Origin: a virus
Taxonomy: Duplodnaviria; Caudoviricetes
IMG/VR virus record: IMGVR_UViG_3300033475_000686
Span: 1-41,272 of that record
Strand: one strand, 5' to 3'
Length of the DNA: 41,272 nucleotides
Part shown: positions 27,196 through 36,655 of the stretch, piece by piece
How the letters are laid out: each line of letters begins with the position of its first letter
Position numbering within the stretch: position 1 is the stretch's first letter
The notes under the pieces: generated by a model
Told to the model about the DNA's origin: nothing
Database searches by the model: none
Seen by the model: the letters and a program-made list of their open reading frames with translations, nothing else
Made by a program: the position numbers and the translations under genes

Positions 27196-27352
27196 TACTC
27201 GTCGCGGCCAGTGCTTCGCCGTAGACGCCAGCGCCGAAGCACCTGAGCGGCCCGCTCCCTCCACTTCTTCCAGTGGATGATGGCGTGCCCCAGAAGGGAC
27301 CCGAAGACGCCGCCACCCGCAGCAGCGGCGCCCAGCTCGATCGGAAACCAGT

Positions 27353-27643
27353 TCATGCCGGCAGCTCTCCCGGCGTGACCTGGTAGTCATAGTTACCCAC
27401 CGTGCGTCCGATCTGGCCCTTCTTCCACTTCGCCACGGGCTGGTCGAACACGTTCGGAACGCCTTCGATGACCTTTCTCCAGGTGTCGTACACCTTGGGG
27501 TTCTGGATCACCGTCTCCGTCCACGAGCAGCTACGCTCGTCCCATTCGAGCATGTAGCTGGCCGTGTCGCCCAGGAGCTTGATGTCAAGAACCAAGCTCC
27601 TGTACGCGTTCAGCGTTACCGTCGACAGAATTCGGATCGCCAT
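27353..27643 (-). CDS. hypothetical protein
   Basis: ORF within the operon. Confidence 0.5.
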   Translation of the reverse strand: MAIRILSTVTLNAYRSLVLDIKLLGDTASYMLEWDERSCSWTETVIQNPKVYDTWRKVIEGVPNVFDQPVAKWKKGQIGRTVGNYDYQVTPGELPA

Positions 27644-27965
27644 CGATCGTCGCCTCCATCTTGATCTCGATGCCGAGCTTGTACAGCGCGACCTTCCATC
27701 CCGGAGGAGGCGTCTGCGCCGCGGACACGCCGCAGTTCATGCAGCAAAACGTCCGTACCTTCGAGCCGGTGCCCGCCTGCGTTGCGTAGAGCACGGCGGC
27801 TACCTTTGCCTGGCTACAGGCTTCGCAGTCGATCTTGGTGCTGTCGTAGTCCAGTCCCAAGAGCCGGCGTGCAAAGGCGTCCAGCGTAGGGTCGTCGGTG
27901 TCCATCAGGTACCGAGTCTCCTCCGTCAGGACCTTCAGCTGAAAGTCTGCCTTGTTCATGTTCAC
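27585..27965 (-). CDS. hypothetical protein with CxxC motifs
   Basis: CEAC...CMNC; RBS GGAGG. Confidence 0.55.
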   Translation of the reverse strand: MNMNKADFQLKVLTEETRYLMDTDDPTLDAFARRLLGLDYDSTKIDCEACSQAKVAAVLYATQAGTGSKVRTFCCMNCGVSAAQTPPPGWKVALYKLGIEIKMEATIDGDPNSVDGNAERVQELGS

Positions 27966-28210
27966 CTCCTCCCCCTCATGCGGACGATAGCTTGCCGGAA
28001 TGTTTCATCCGGGTTGCTCGGACGTGGTTTGCTCAGGAAGGTCAACACGCAAAGGCCACAGAGTGCCTTCTCGATGTGGACCTTCTTTCCTACACGGAAG
28101 ACGTTACCGTTCTTCCGCAGCTTGTGACGGTACATCTCGAGTGCGATCTCGTCATCGGCTTCGATGGGCCACTCCTCAACCTCGTGGCCACAGTTGCCGC
28201 ACTCGATCAT
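27962..28210 (-). CDS. hypothetical protein with CxxC motifs
   Basis: CGNC...CGLC; coupled. Confidence 0.55.
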   Translation of the reverse strand: MIECGNCGHEVEEWPIEADDEIALEMYRHKLRKNGNVFRVGKKVHIEKALCGLCVLTFLSKPRPSNPDETFRQAIVRMRGRR

Positions 28211-28422
28211 CAGCAGGTCTCGATCCGGGTGATGTGGTACTTGCCCTCCCACTTCTTCCTGGCCGTCTCTGCGTCAGCCACCTCCAGGAACGAGTGGTGC
28301 GCGCCTGTGATGTCTGTGCAGAACTGACCATTTACCGGGCACGATCCCGATATCTTGTTGGCAGGATCGTGCTCCGGGTTTCGAGGTAGCTTGACGGTCA
28401 CGATACAAACTCTCATGTTCAC
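28210..28422 (-). CDS. hypothetical protein
   Basis: RBS AGGAGG. Confidence 0.55.
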   Translation of the reverse strand: MNMRVCIVTVKLPRNPEHDPANKISGSCPVNGQFCTDITGAHHSFLEVADAETARKKWEGKYHITRIETC

Positions 28423-28680
28423 CTCCTAACGGATTCCGGGTAGGATCGAAGGCCGTGTGGATCTTCGATCCTCCCGGGACCGGTTAGGCCGTGGCGTGCT
28501 TCTTCAGGACACCGGGGCAGTCTCGGTGCTCCATCTTGTCCTCGTCGAGCCAGCGGTGCGGCTCGTGCTCCACGAGGTTGTCGGAGTCGAACGCCGCCTG
28601 GCTGCACGGCCACGTTCGGCCGTTCTTGAGGAGTGCCTTGATCACTCGCCAGCGGTGACCGACACCCTTGAAGTAGTTCC

Positions 28681-28971
28681 TCACTCCACCCCTCCTGCGT
28701 AGCGGATCTTGATCTTGACTCGGCCGTCGTGATCGACGACCTCGAATGCGAAGTACTTCCGGGATGATGCCATGAAGATCTTCCGCACCGAGGTCGTCCG
28801 ACCACGCCGTTCGCCCTGCTGCCACCCTTGGTCCTCGCGGAGTCCGATCATGAACTCCGTCGGGTTGTTGGCGTTGCCCACCTGCTTGATCAGGTCGTCG
28901 ACCCCGTCGCGGAGTGCCTCGAGATGGAAGAGGCTTCCCATGTCGAGGACGAGCTCGGCTTCGACAGGCAT
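28681..28971 (-). CDS. hypothetical protein
   Basis: TGATG coupling; begins MPVEAEL. Confidence 0.55.
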   Translation of the reverse strand: MPVEAELVLDMGSLFHLEALRDGVDDLIKQVGNANNPTEFMIGLREDQGWQQGERRGRTTSVRKIFMASSRKYFAFEVVDHDGRVKIKIRYAGGVE

Positions 28972-29342
28972 CAGACGTCGTGGAAGGTCGCGGCGTCGTC
29001 CTCGATCTCCAGGTCGGACTGGTTCTTGTAGACGTCGAAGATGTCGTCCAGCATGTTCTTGACGAACTCCGGGCCGCTCATCTTCCGGCGGTCGGCCTCG
29101 ACCATGATCGCGTGCTGGTTGTACGTCAGCCACTCACGCGCCCCGTCGAGCATGGCGTTGCGCCGCTCGATCTCGTCCTGGTTGTTCTCGGTGAACAGGA
29201 TGAACTCGGCCAGCGCGCGGATGGGGTTCTCGTCGGCCAGCTTGATCAGCCGGTCGAGTTCGCTCCGCAGCGGGTCGGTCTCCGGCAGGGCCTTCTCGAG
29301 GTCCACTCCCAGCATCTCCGAGATCTTGTCGGTCAGACTCAT
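28971..29342 (-). CDS. hypothetical protein
   Basis: Begins MSLTDKISEML; high GC3. Confidence 0.65.
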   Translation of the reverse strand: MSLTDKISEMLGVDLEKALPETDPLRSELDRLIKLADENPIRALAEFILFTENNQDEIERRNAMLDGAREWLTYNQHAIMVEADRRKMSGPEFVKNMLDDIFDVYKNQSDLEIEDDAATFHDV

Positions 29343-29569
29343 TCCCACGGCCTTTCTACTCCGTTGTCGTCCAGCGGACGATCTTCCAATTTGGCCTTCA
29401 AGGCCAATCTGTCCACCACATACAGTGGTGTGCCGCCCATCAGGATCAGTATCAACCCTGCGGGAGTGAATGGGGGAATCAGCAACACGATTCCCGCTAG
29501 TGCGAATGGGGCACCTATGACAAATGCCAGTAGGTACCACCCGGGACCAGGCTTCTTGGTTGTTGTCAT
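29339..29569 (-). CDS. two-TM membrane protein
   Basis: Hydrophobic hairpin; lower GC. Confidence 0.6.
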   Translation of the reverse strand: MTTTKKPGPGWYLLAFVIGAPFALAGIVLLIPPFTPAGLILILMGGTPLYVVDRLALKAKLEDRPLDDNGVERPWE

Positions 29570-29759
29570 CTGCCCTCCCATCGGGTGGCCGTACGAGACG
29601 GCCACCCTCCTGCGAGTTCAGCTTGGTACTTCGCCCCTTTCACCCACCGGCTTTCCTGCTGGGACGAAGTTGTGTAGTAGGTTGGCGTGCTCGCTCATCC
29701 GCCGCGGGCAGAGGTTGCAGGCTTCGTCCTTGGGATCGAAGCCGTACAGTTCCTCGAAG

Positions 29760-29984
29760 TTATGCCCCTGGGGGTAGACTCCATACCCCCGACCCGACGG
29801 TGTCATCGCCTGTGCTGGTGTCATCGAAAGGCCCCTTTGCCTCGATACCGTTGGCAGCACATGCCTGCAGAAAGATCTCTGCATGGCCTTTGGGACCCAG
29901 TGTCGAGACTGGGCTCCCGTCGTCGAGGTACTGGCGAGTGCGGTCACTGAACGTGACCGCGTACTCACCCACCTTGACGATCAC
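29760..29984 (-). CDS. hypothetical protein
   Basis: GTGA coupling. Confidence 0.5.
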   Translation of the reverse strand: MIVKVGEYAVTFSDRTRQYLDDGSPVSTLGPKGHAEIFLQACAANGIEAKGPFDDTSTGDDTVGSGVWSLPPGA

Positions 29985-30139
29985 TGCAGTGCCTTCTTCA
30001 GCACCTGGTTGAACTCGGCGGCCTTGTCCGAGCCGTTGTTGTTCTCGGTCAACGCGTCCAGTTCCGTGGTCAGCTTCTGCGCGTCGTCCTCGTCGAGCGT
30101 GAGGTACACCTTGCGCGTGCTCCTGGCGGTCATCGCCAT
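29981..30139 (-). CDS. hypothetical protein
   Basis: First gene after P4; RBS GAGGAGG. Confidence 0.6.
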   Translation of the reverse strand: MAMTARSTRKVYLTLDEDDAQKLTTELDALTENNNGSDKAAEFNQVLKKALQ

Positions 30140-30171
30140 TGGGATCCCTCCTCTCTTTGCCATCTATGCTT

Positions 30172-30201
30172 ATTATATAGCGAACCCAGCGACCCCTTCA
30201 A
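30172..30201 (-). promoter_or_regulatory. sigma70-type promoter P4
   Basis: TTGAAG-18bp-TATAAT. Confidence 0.8.
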
Positions 30202-30206
30202 GAGGC

Positions 30207-30482
30207 CTAAAGATGGATCCGCTTGTAGTACCCCTTGAAGTCCTCGTCGCTCATCGACTCGAGCGCCGACACCATCTCCCGGCGGAGCTTGTCCATCACG
30301 AGCTGCTCGATGACGTCGAACGGGACCTGAACGTTGACCCTGTTCGTCCGGTGCTCGAGTGCCATCTCGCACTCGTCGCTCGGCATCACGATGGTCACAA
30401 AGCCACTGTAGTCACCGTTGTGGTGAAACGTGACCTCACCATACTCAGGGTCGGACTTGCTCGTGTAGTCGCTGCTGTGCAT
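30207..30482 (-). CDS. hypothetical protein
   Basis: RBS AGGAGG. Confidence 0.6.
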   Translation of the reverse strand: MHSSDYTSKSDPEYGEVTFHHNGDYSGFVTIVMPSDECEMALEHRTNRVNVQVPFDVIEQLVMDKLRREMVSALESMSDEDFKGYYKRIHL

Positions 30483-30483
30483 G

Positions 30484-30837
30484 TCACCTCCTGACCTTGA
30501 TCTTGTCCTTCTTCTCGCCGTTCAGGTACTGGGCCAACTCGTCGTACTCCCAGTTCTGCTTCGGCAGAGGCTCGATCTGTCCCCCACGGGAAAGCGCGTT
30601 GAGGTAGTTCAAGATCTGAACCCGCGCCTGCTCCGGTCCTGGTGGCGTTCCGTACTTCCGCTGCCACCTCGTCTTGTAGACCGAGTTGACCGTGTCGCGA
30701 TGATGCTCCACGGCGTCGCAGTAGTCGTTCAACGCCTCCAGCTTGTAGACGGTTGACGTACCCTTCAGGTCCTTCCTGAAGCTCTGCCAGCCATTGTGGT
30801 TGATGGCAAAGGCAATCTGCTCCTGTGTCAGACCCAT
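30484..30837 (-). CDS. hypothetical protein
   Basis: WQSFRKDLKGTST...QILNYLNALSRGGQI; coupled. Confidence 0.65.
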   Translation of the reverse strand: MGLTQEQIAFAINHNGWQSFRKDLKGTSTVYKLEALNDYCDAVEHHRDTVNSVYKTRWQRKYGTPPGPEQARVQILNYLNALSRGGQIEPLPKQNWEYDELAQYLNGEKKDKIKVRR

Positions 30838-31010
30838 CAGTCCGCCAGTGCGTCGTCGAGCGTCTCGTAGAGGTCGACGAGGATGGGACATGCTTCCTTC
30901 TCGTCGTGCGTCAACCGCTTCATCGCGATGTCCTTCATCTCGTTGAAGAGGTCGACCGCCTCACCGATCGGCATCCGAATGTTGACGATCTTCTCCACCT
31001 GATGCTGCAT
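30837..31010 (-). CDS. hypothetical protein
   Basis: RBS GGGAGG. Confidence 0.55.
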   Translation of the reverse strand: MQHQVEKIVNIRMPIGEAVDLFNEMKDIAMKRLTHDEKEACPILVDLYETLDDALAD

Positions 31011-31024
31011 TGTACACCTCCCTT

Positions 31025-31066
31025 CCGCCGGGCCCGAGTGCCTGCGCACTCGGACCCTACGCACGG
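31025..31066 (-). repeat. purine-G mismatch hairpin (family member)
   Basis: GU-A-GGGUCCGAGUGC / GCACUCGGGCCC-G-GC. Confidence 0.7.
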
Positions 31067-31073
31067 TCAGGTG

Positions 31074-31379
31074 TCACGCTCTGGCGTTGTGCTTGTTGAC
31101 GTAGTTCGGGCAGCCCATCATCGCGCAGTGGCGACCGCTGTAGACGTCGTGCCCGCAGTCGCAGTGACGACTCTCCTCGCCGAGGGCCAGCAGCGCTCGG
31201 TGCACGGACTGGTGCACGTTGTCGCCGGAGGTGACCAGCGCCCCCGACTTGTCGTTGAACCTGACGTGCGTCGCCCACCGTACGCCCAGGTCGTCGAGGG
31301 TGACGTGCACCGTACTGACGTCGCTCCTGGCAAGGAGTCGCGCGACGTCCTCTTTCGCCTGGACGTTCTCATTGCTCAC
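31074..31379 (-). CDS. hypothetical protein
   Basis: Coupled; Cys-rich tail. Confidence 0.55.
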   Translation of the reverse strand: MSNENVQAKEDVARLLARSDVSTVHVTLDDLGVRWATHVRFNDKSGALVTSGDNVHQSVHRALLALGEESRHCDCGHDVYSGRHCAMMGCPNYVNKHNARA

Positions 31380-31687
31380 TTGACATCCATCCCTTCCCAG
31401 ATGTCACGGCCCTCTTCGAAGGCCTCGTTGGTGATCTCGACGTCAGGCGAGTCGTCGGGCTCTTCGTCGAGCGGCCGAAAGGCTTCCACCTGACATTTGT
31501 TGCACCACCCGGAGATCGCGTACTCGGACCTCTCCGTCTCGGACCACGTGTTGAAGTCCTGCTGGCTGATAGTGCGACCGCATCCCACGGGTACTGGAAC
31601 GCACTGGCTGTTCTGGTGCGCCGTCGCGGTCCCCATCAGGCTCTCCTGGAGCCTCTGCATCGCCGGGCTCTTGTCCTTGAACGACAT
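31376..31687 (-). CDS. hypothetical protein
   Basis: C..C...EYAISGWCNKCQ motif. Confidence 0.6.
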   Translation of the reverse strand: MSFKDKSPAMQRLQESLMGTATAHQNSQCVPVPVGCGRTISQQDFNTWSETERSEYAISGWCNKCQVEAFRPLDEEPDDSPDVEITNEAFEEGRDIWEGMDVK

Positions 31688-32239
31688 CGAGCGTCGCCCC
31701 TTCCTCTCTCCCGAACTTGGATTGCCATTCTGTGTACTCCCGACGCCACCTGCACTTGTCGCTACAGGTGACGTGCAGGAGCAACAGGTTGAGAGGTGTC
31801 ACTCTTTCGTCCTCAGACGCAGAAGTGCCATCTCGAGGTGCTTCCCGAAGCCGCAGAGACCTACGACCTGGACCGCACGGTACCGACGAACCACCCACCG
31901 CCCCTGTCGCGTCGACGAGAGGCGGCCGGAGGCCATCCAGCAGTCGGCACACTCCTGGCGATGCATTGCTCGAGTCCACTTGAGTCGGAACTCTTCGTCG
32001 TCCTCGAGCAGGACGCCCGTCTCAGTGAGTGTGGCGGACACGGCTGGCCTTGCGCCGCGCCTTCTTGGCCGCGCGCGACTCCGGCGACCTCATCATCCGG
32101 CCGCTCTTCTTCTTGGTCCCACCGGCCCAGATCTTCTGGGCGCCCCGCCGACGCTGCCGCGGGGACCTGTTGTCGCCGGCCTGCTGGAACTTCTTCCGCA
32201 GGATCTCCAGCATCGTGTTGCCGTTCTCCGGTGCCACGA

Positions 32240-32599
32240 TCAGTCCTTCCACTTGTCGCCATACCGGTCCTGAGTGATCACTCGGACCTTTCCGTCTTCC
32301 ATCTTGAACGCCACACTGACCCAGACGTCGCGTCGGATCGGCCTGATGTCCTTCAGTCGAAGATCGGACAAGTACTGTCCACTGTTCGACTTTACCTTGC
32401 GGCAGTTCGGACAAGCCCAGAGCCCGAACTTGGCGCCTCTGAACGAGTCCTCACTTCGTGGACTGCACTCGCAGAGCGATGCCGGCTTGATGAACACGCC
32501 GACAACGTTGAACTCGAACAGCTGAGGCAAGTCGGAAGCCTTCAGAAAGGCTTCGGCCATTTCGTTGTCATCGAACTCGATGAGGACTAGTCGCCCCAT
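32240..32599 (-). CDS. hypothetical protein with a putative Zn ribbon
   Basis: MGRLVLIEFDDNE...CEC...CPNC; paralog-like to 10540-10956. Confidence 0.6.
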   Translation of the reverse strand: MGRLVLIEFDDNEMAEAFLKASDLPQLFEFNVVGVFIKPASLCECSPRSEDSFRGAKFGLWACPNCRKVKSNSGQYLSDLRLKDIRPIRRDVWVSVAFKMEDGKVRVITQDRYGDKWKD

Positions 32600-32611
32600 T
32601 GATTACCTCCC

Positions 32612-32885
32612 TCCAGCAACGTAGCCGTGCCGCCTAGGGCGGACTGTGCGTAGTCTCCCCGTGGAGGTTGCAGTGCACCTCACGGCTACGAAGCTGGACG
32701 TAGGTCCTCAGGACGTGGTGAGCCCAACGTTGACCAGTGTGAGTGAATCGCCTGAGATGGTCAGGCCTTCGGACCTCATGACTCCTCCTCCCCTGCGGAA
32801 GCAGTGACATCAGATTCAACGGACCGTTCCTGAGCGGCCCACGCACACCACAGAACCACACGGCCCTGTGATGCACGTCGGTTGT
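32612..32885 (-). ncRNA. candidate ~275 nt structured RNA or cis-regulatory leader
   Basis: Multibranch domain closed by 32612-32629/32681-32698; 13-bp stem 32845-32874 with 4 G-U pairs on the minus strand. Confidence 0.5.
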
Positions 32886-33068
32886 TCAGGTCAATCCCAA
32901 CCGCTTTGCCTCGGCCTTGATGATCCTCTCGGCGTCGGTCTCGGCCATCATGCCTTCGACGAACCGCCGAGCAGCCTTGTACTCTTCGAAGGAAGGCCTT
33001 TCACCTTCGAGGTGGCTGGTCATGTCGATGTAGTTCTGGTACAGCCTTCTGAGCTCGGCTTCGTCCAT
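32886..33068 (-). CDS. hypothetical protein
   Basis: TGATG coupling; begins MDEAELRRLY. Confidence 0.55.
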   Translation of the reverse strand: MDEAELRRLYQNYIDMTSHLEGERPSFEEYKAARRFVEGMMAETDAERIIKAEAKRLGLT

Positions 33069-33535
33069 CAGACGAACCGAGCGTTGACCTCGAACATGTC
33101 CCAGAAGTGCTCCGGGATCGCGCTCTGGCACCAGAGGTTGTTCGTCTGCACCTCGCGGCCGTCCTTGAACTGGATCGTCCACATCGCGCCGCCGAAGCCC
33201 CTGCACGAGGCCGGCGACTTGGAGATCGGCATGCCCGCGTCGAACGAGTACCGCACGCGCTCGCCGTTCTTCTCGACGATGACCACCCCGTCGTGCATGT
33301 CCTTGGCCCTGTCGAACCAGAACGCGCAGCCGAAGCAGTACTCCTCGGTCTCCTTCGAGTGGCTTCCCTCCCGGTAGTTCAGCGCCTTCCACTGGCGCCC
33401 CGGGTAGGTGATGTCGGTGCCGTCGACCGTGATCTCCTGGCAGCCTTCGCGCTTGCACGCGGGCAGCTCCAGGTGCTTGTCGAACTGCTCCTTGGTCGGA
33501 AACACCCGACCGCCCTCGTGTCCGTAGGATTTCAT
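33068..33535 (-). CDS. conserved phage hypothetical protein
   Basis: CFGCAFW...RGFGG...TNNLWCQSAIPEHF. Confidence 0.65.
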   Translation of the reverse strand: MKSYGHEGGRVFPTKEQFDKHLELPACKREGCQEITVDGTDITYPGRQWKALNYREGSHSKETEEYCFGCAFWFDRAKDMHDGVVIVEKNGERVRYSFDAGMPISKSPASCRGFGGAMWTIQFKDGREVQTNNLWCQSAIPEHFWDMFEVNARFV

Positions 33536-33614
33536 TCTCCCACCTTTCCTTGTCGGACAACGCACACCAGAGCTCGTGTGGAGCTCTGATGCACGTTCAC
33601 CGGCCGGCCAGGTG

Positions 33615-33980
33615 TCAGGCCTTGGTGCGTCGGGCGAACTCGCGGTCCTCGTTGTCGAGCTCCTGCGACAGCTTGGTGTGCGCGTCGGCGATCCGCTTGC
33701 TGTCGATGCGGTCCAGATCCTCCGGGTTGGGGGCGTGGATGTGTGAGTGGTCCAGGTCGTCGTTGTCCTCGACCAGGTAGCTGGAACCGACGATGCCGGC
33801 AGGCGTGTCGAGCCCGTGCCAGTTGTTCGGGTTCAGCGACAGAAGCCACTCGTGCATGGCCTGCTCGTCCTTGAAGCGGACCTGGATGGTCTGCATCCCG
33901 ATGTGGACGACGCCGTCACCCTCCTCGACGTGCGTGGGGACCGTGATGGTCACCTCGTGGAGGTTGATGGGGACTGTCAT
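33615..33980 (-). CDS. hypothetical protein
   Basis: RBS GGAAGGAG. Confidence 0.6.
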   Translation of the reverse strand: MTVPINLHEVTITVPTHVEEGDGVVHIGMQTIQVRFKDEQAMHEWLLSLNPNNWHGLDTPAGIVGSSYLVEDNDDLDHSHIHAPNPEDLDRIDSKRIADAHTKLSQELDNEDREFARRTKA

Positions 33981-33996
33981 GGTTGCTCCTTCCTGT

Positions 33997-34052
33997 TGAT
34001 GCAACCAGGCGGCACAGGGGGCGAGGCGTCCCTGCACCACCTTACTGCATCA
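33997..34052 (-). repeat. purine-G mismatch hairpin (family member)
   Basis: UGAUGCAGU-A-AGGUGGUGCAGGG / CCCUGUGCCGCCU-G-GUUGCAUCA. Confidence 0.75.
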
Positions 34053-34310
34053 GCCGAGCGGGGGGTTCATGTCGTCGTAGTGCGCCTGCGCTTCGCGGGC
34101 CTCGACAGTGGGCTCGTCGTGCACCCAGTGGTCGGGAAGGATCACGAGCCGGTCGATCTCCGGGTCGTCGTCGTTCGGCATCACGTAGACCGACTTGTAC
34201 TGGATGTTGCTGTACGACGAGTCGCCGTCGGGCACCATGACCTCGAGCTCAGGGTTGGTCCCCTGGTTCATCATCTGCCCGAGGTACTGGTGCAGCTCTC
34301 GGATCTTCAT
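34050..34310 (-). CDS. hypothetical protein
   Basis: Coupled ORF. Confidence 0.6.
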   Translation of the reverse strand: MKIRELHQYLGQMMNQGTNPELEVMVPDGDSSYSNIQYKSVYVMPNDDDPEIDRLVILPDHWVHDEPTVEAREAQAHYDDMNPPLG

Positions 34311-34516
34311 TCGTGCTTCATCGCCTTTCCGTTGTTCTCCCAGTCACGCTCGAGCGGCGACACGTCCAGCACCATCTCGCTGGTCATCGCCGACGAGTCG
34401 GTGTGCATGTCCAGGAGGTTGAGGTTGGCTTCGGGGATCTGGATGACGACCTCGTCACCGGACGACCGCACGCGCATGGTCAGTCCGCTTTCGAGTTCGA
34501 TGTCGAAGTGCTTCAC
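34307..34516 (-). CDS. hypothetical protein
   Basis: Coupled ORF. Confidence 0.55.
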   Translation of the reverse strand: MKHFDIELESGLTMRVRSSGDEVVIQIPEANLNLLDMHTDSSAMTSEMVLDVSPLERDWENNGKAMKHE

Positions 34517-34836
34517 GGACCTTCCCCTTCGAGGACGGTGTTGATCAGGGCACGAAGCGTCTCCGAGTACAGGGCGTAGTACAGGGTGTAGCGGGGGTAG
34601 TGCTGTTCGTTACCCCCGAGCACCAGGTTGCCCTCCTCGTCGAACTGGCTCTGGTCGCCCTGGTAGGCGGCCTCCAGCGCGTACATGTGGCAGTAGAACC
34701 GTACCACGTCACCGCGGTTAGGCTCCGTGCCACTGAACAGGAACTCGGACAGTTCTGTGTGCGCGTTGCGTCGGAGGTTGATCAGGCCAGCTCTGATGGA
34801 GGCATCGTCGCGGGCGTAGACGTGCGGATCTTTCAT
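34513..34836 (-). CDS. hypothetical protein
   Basis: First gene after P5; RBS AAGGAGG. Confidence 0.65.
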   Translation of the reverse strand: MKDPHVYARDDASIRAGLINLRRNAHTELSEFLFSGTEPNRGDVVRFYCHMYALEAAYQGDQSQFDEEGNLVLGGNEQHYPRYTLYYALYSETLRALINTVLEGEGP

Positions 34837-34852
34837 TTACCCTCCTTATTCG

Positions 34853-34882
34853 ATTATACCGCAGGCACCAGTGACCCTTCAC
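34853..34882 (-). promoter_or_regulatory. sigma70-type promoter P5
   Basis: GTGAAG-18bp-TATAAT. Confidence 0.7.
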
Positions 34883-34889
34883 GGGTGCC

Positions 34890-35159
34890 CTACGAGTTTT
34901 CCCTCTCGATCAGACGGTGCAGAGCATCGTCGGTCACCGTGATCGGCTTCCAAGGGTCGCCGAGCCGCTCACGCAACTCGTCGGCCTTGTCCTGCCAGCG
35001 GAGGACATCCTCGTACAGCTTGCGGTCTTCGGGTCCGAGGTCCGTCCCTGCGAGGTCGGTCTCGGTCTCAGCCCACATGTCCTGCTGGTTGTGGAGTACC
35101 CAGATCAGGAACTCCTTGTCCTTCTTGGACAGCCAGTACTTCTTGAACAGGTTCTTCAT
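34890..35159 (-). CDS. hypothetical protein
   Basis: RBS AAGGAGG. Confidence 0.6.
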   Translation of the reverse strand: MKNLFKKYWLSKKDKEFLIWVLHNQQDMWAETETDLAGTDLGPEDRKLYEDVLRWQDKADELRERLGDPWKPITVTDDALHRLIERENS

Positions 35160-35173
35160 AGACACCTCCTTCT

Positions 35174-35223
35174 GAAGTAACCAGACAGCGCTCGGCCGGA
35201 GCCGAGCACCATCCTACCACTTC
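35174..35223 (-). repeat. purine-G mismatch hairpin (family member)
   Basis: GAAGUGGU-A-GGAUGGUGCUCGGC / GCCGAGCGCUGUCU-G-GUUACUUC. Confidence 0.8.
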
Positions 35224-35648
35224 AGCGGGGACACCTTCAGGTACTTCCCGTCCGGCGTCTTGACCAGCATCGAGCCGTCCTCGCGGCTCTCCAGGATCTC
35301 GGCGGTGAACTGATCGCCGACACCCTCCGCGGAGACGGGCACGAGCTCGTAGGCCGTCGCGCGACCCTCGCCGTGCTTCCTCAGTCGGTGCCCTTCGAAG
35401 ATGTTGCCGTTGTTGGCCCACGTCTGAAGAGCGGCACCGATGTGCGACGTCGTCCACTCGATCTGGTCGGCATCGCCATGGTTCAGCACGTCCTTGGACT
35501 GAAACCTGCCCACGCCGCTGAAGTTCGTCGCTACGAACCTTCTGATAGCGTCGGCCTTTTTGTGACTGCTGCCCATATTTTCCTGCCACCTTCCTGATCC
35601 GACTGCCGGATCCAGCGACACTTGAGCCTCCGCAGGCTCAAGCATCAC
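35214..35648 (-). CDS. hypothetical protein
   Basis: ORF fills the gap; start uncertain. Confidence 0.55.
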   Translation of the reverse strand: MMLEPAEAQVSLDPAVGSGRWQENMGSSHKKADAIRRFVATNFSGVGRFQSKDVLNHGDADQIEWTTSHIGAALQTWANNGNIFEGHRLRKHGEGRATAYELVPVSAEGVGDQFTAEILESREDGSMLVKTPDGKYLKVSPLKW

Positions 35649-35656
35649 TGCACTCG

Positions 35657-36073
35657 TCAGTCTTCCGGGTCGCTGTGGAGGTTCAGTCCACCGCGCTGTG
35701 AGACGTCCTCGATGTACTCCTTGGCGTCCTCGACGGTCTCGATCACCGTCTCGTCGTCCACCTTGGCACGGCGCGCCATCTCGATGGCCTTCTTGGACGC
35801 CTCCTCCTCACGCAGGTAGTTGTTGTACATGACCAGTTGGCCGTCGCTGTCCTCGCCCGGCCTGGTGTCGAGCACCCTGGACACCCAGATGCTCACCACG
35901 GGCCTGACTTCCTCGATCGCCTCCAGCACCGTCGTGACGGGCTTGTCGGCACCGAGCAGCATGCCCTTGATCTGGTCGTCCTCGTAGCACTCGACGATGA
36001 CATCCCAGCCCGCTTCGTAGTTCTCCTGCGCGTGGGCCTTGACGCCGTCGATCAGTTCCTGCATGTCGGTCAT
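35657..36073 (-). CDS. hypothetical protein
   Basis: MTDMQELIDGVKAHAQENYEAGWDVIVEC; coupled. Confidence 0.65.
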   Translation of the reverse strand: MTDMQELIDGVKAHAQENYEAGWDVIVECYEDDQIKGMLLGADKPVTTVLEAIEEVRPVVSIWVSRVLDTRPGEDSDGQLVMYNNYLREEEASKKAIEMARRAKVDDETVIETVEDAKEYIEDVSQRGGLNLHSDPED

Positions 36074-36462
36074 GCCAGTCCGTCCTTGAAGGGGTCCGAG
36101 AACCCGGTCGTCCGTTCCATCTCGGCCGCCACGTCCTTGAGGCCCAGGCCCTTGCTGTGGTCGGTACCGTTCTCCGGGTCCTCCCACGACAGGTTCTGCG
36201 CCTTGCGGCCCATGGCCTCGTCGACCTGAGCGGTCAGATCCTGCAGGTTGTAGGCCTGCGTCTCCTTCAGCTCGACCACGTCGTCGTAGTGGCCCAGCGT
36301 GTACCGCCACATCATGAGCTCGGCGAGTTCCTCGTTGGTCGGCTTCTTCTCCGACCGCAGAATCGGATCGTCATCGTGCCAGTCCCGCTCGACGTAAAGG
36401 CGTGCGTCCGTTCCCTCTTCGGGGACGTCCACCTCGTGAGTCGTGACCACGATGTATTTCAT
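36070..36462 (-). CDS. hypothetical protein
   Basis: RBS AAGGAGG. Confidence 0.65.
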   Translation of the reverse strand: MKYIVVTTHEVDVPEEGTDARLYVERDWHDDDPILRSEKKPTNEELAELMMWRYTLGHYDDVVELKETQAYNLQDLTAQVDEAMGRKAQNLSWEDPENGTDHSKGLGLKDVAAEMERTTGFSDPFKDGLA

Positions 36463-36476
36463 TGTACTGCCTCCTT

Positions 36477-36533
36477 CGGTCTGAGTTGACCAGACAGTGC
36501 CCCGTAGGGCACCATCCTACCGACTCAGAGCCG
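36477..36533 (-). repeat. purine-G mismatch hairpin (family member) with cUACGg loop
   Basis: GGU-A-GGAUGGUGCCC-UACG-GGGCACUGUCU-G-GUC. Confidence 0.8.
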
Positions 36534-36655
36534 GTCCTTCCACTTCAGGATCCCGAGCACAACGTAGCCGCCTGCCAGAGCGGAAACGATGATCAGGATC
36601 ACGATCCGTACGCCCAGCGGTATGTGCCCGCAACCGGCGGCACAGTTAGCCAGGA

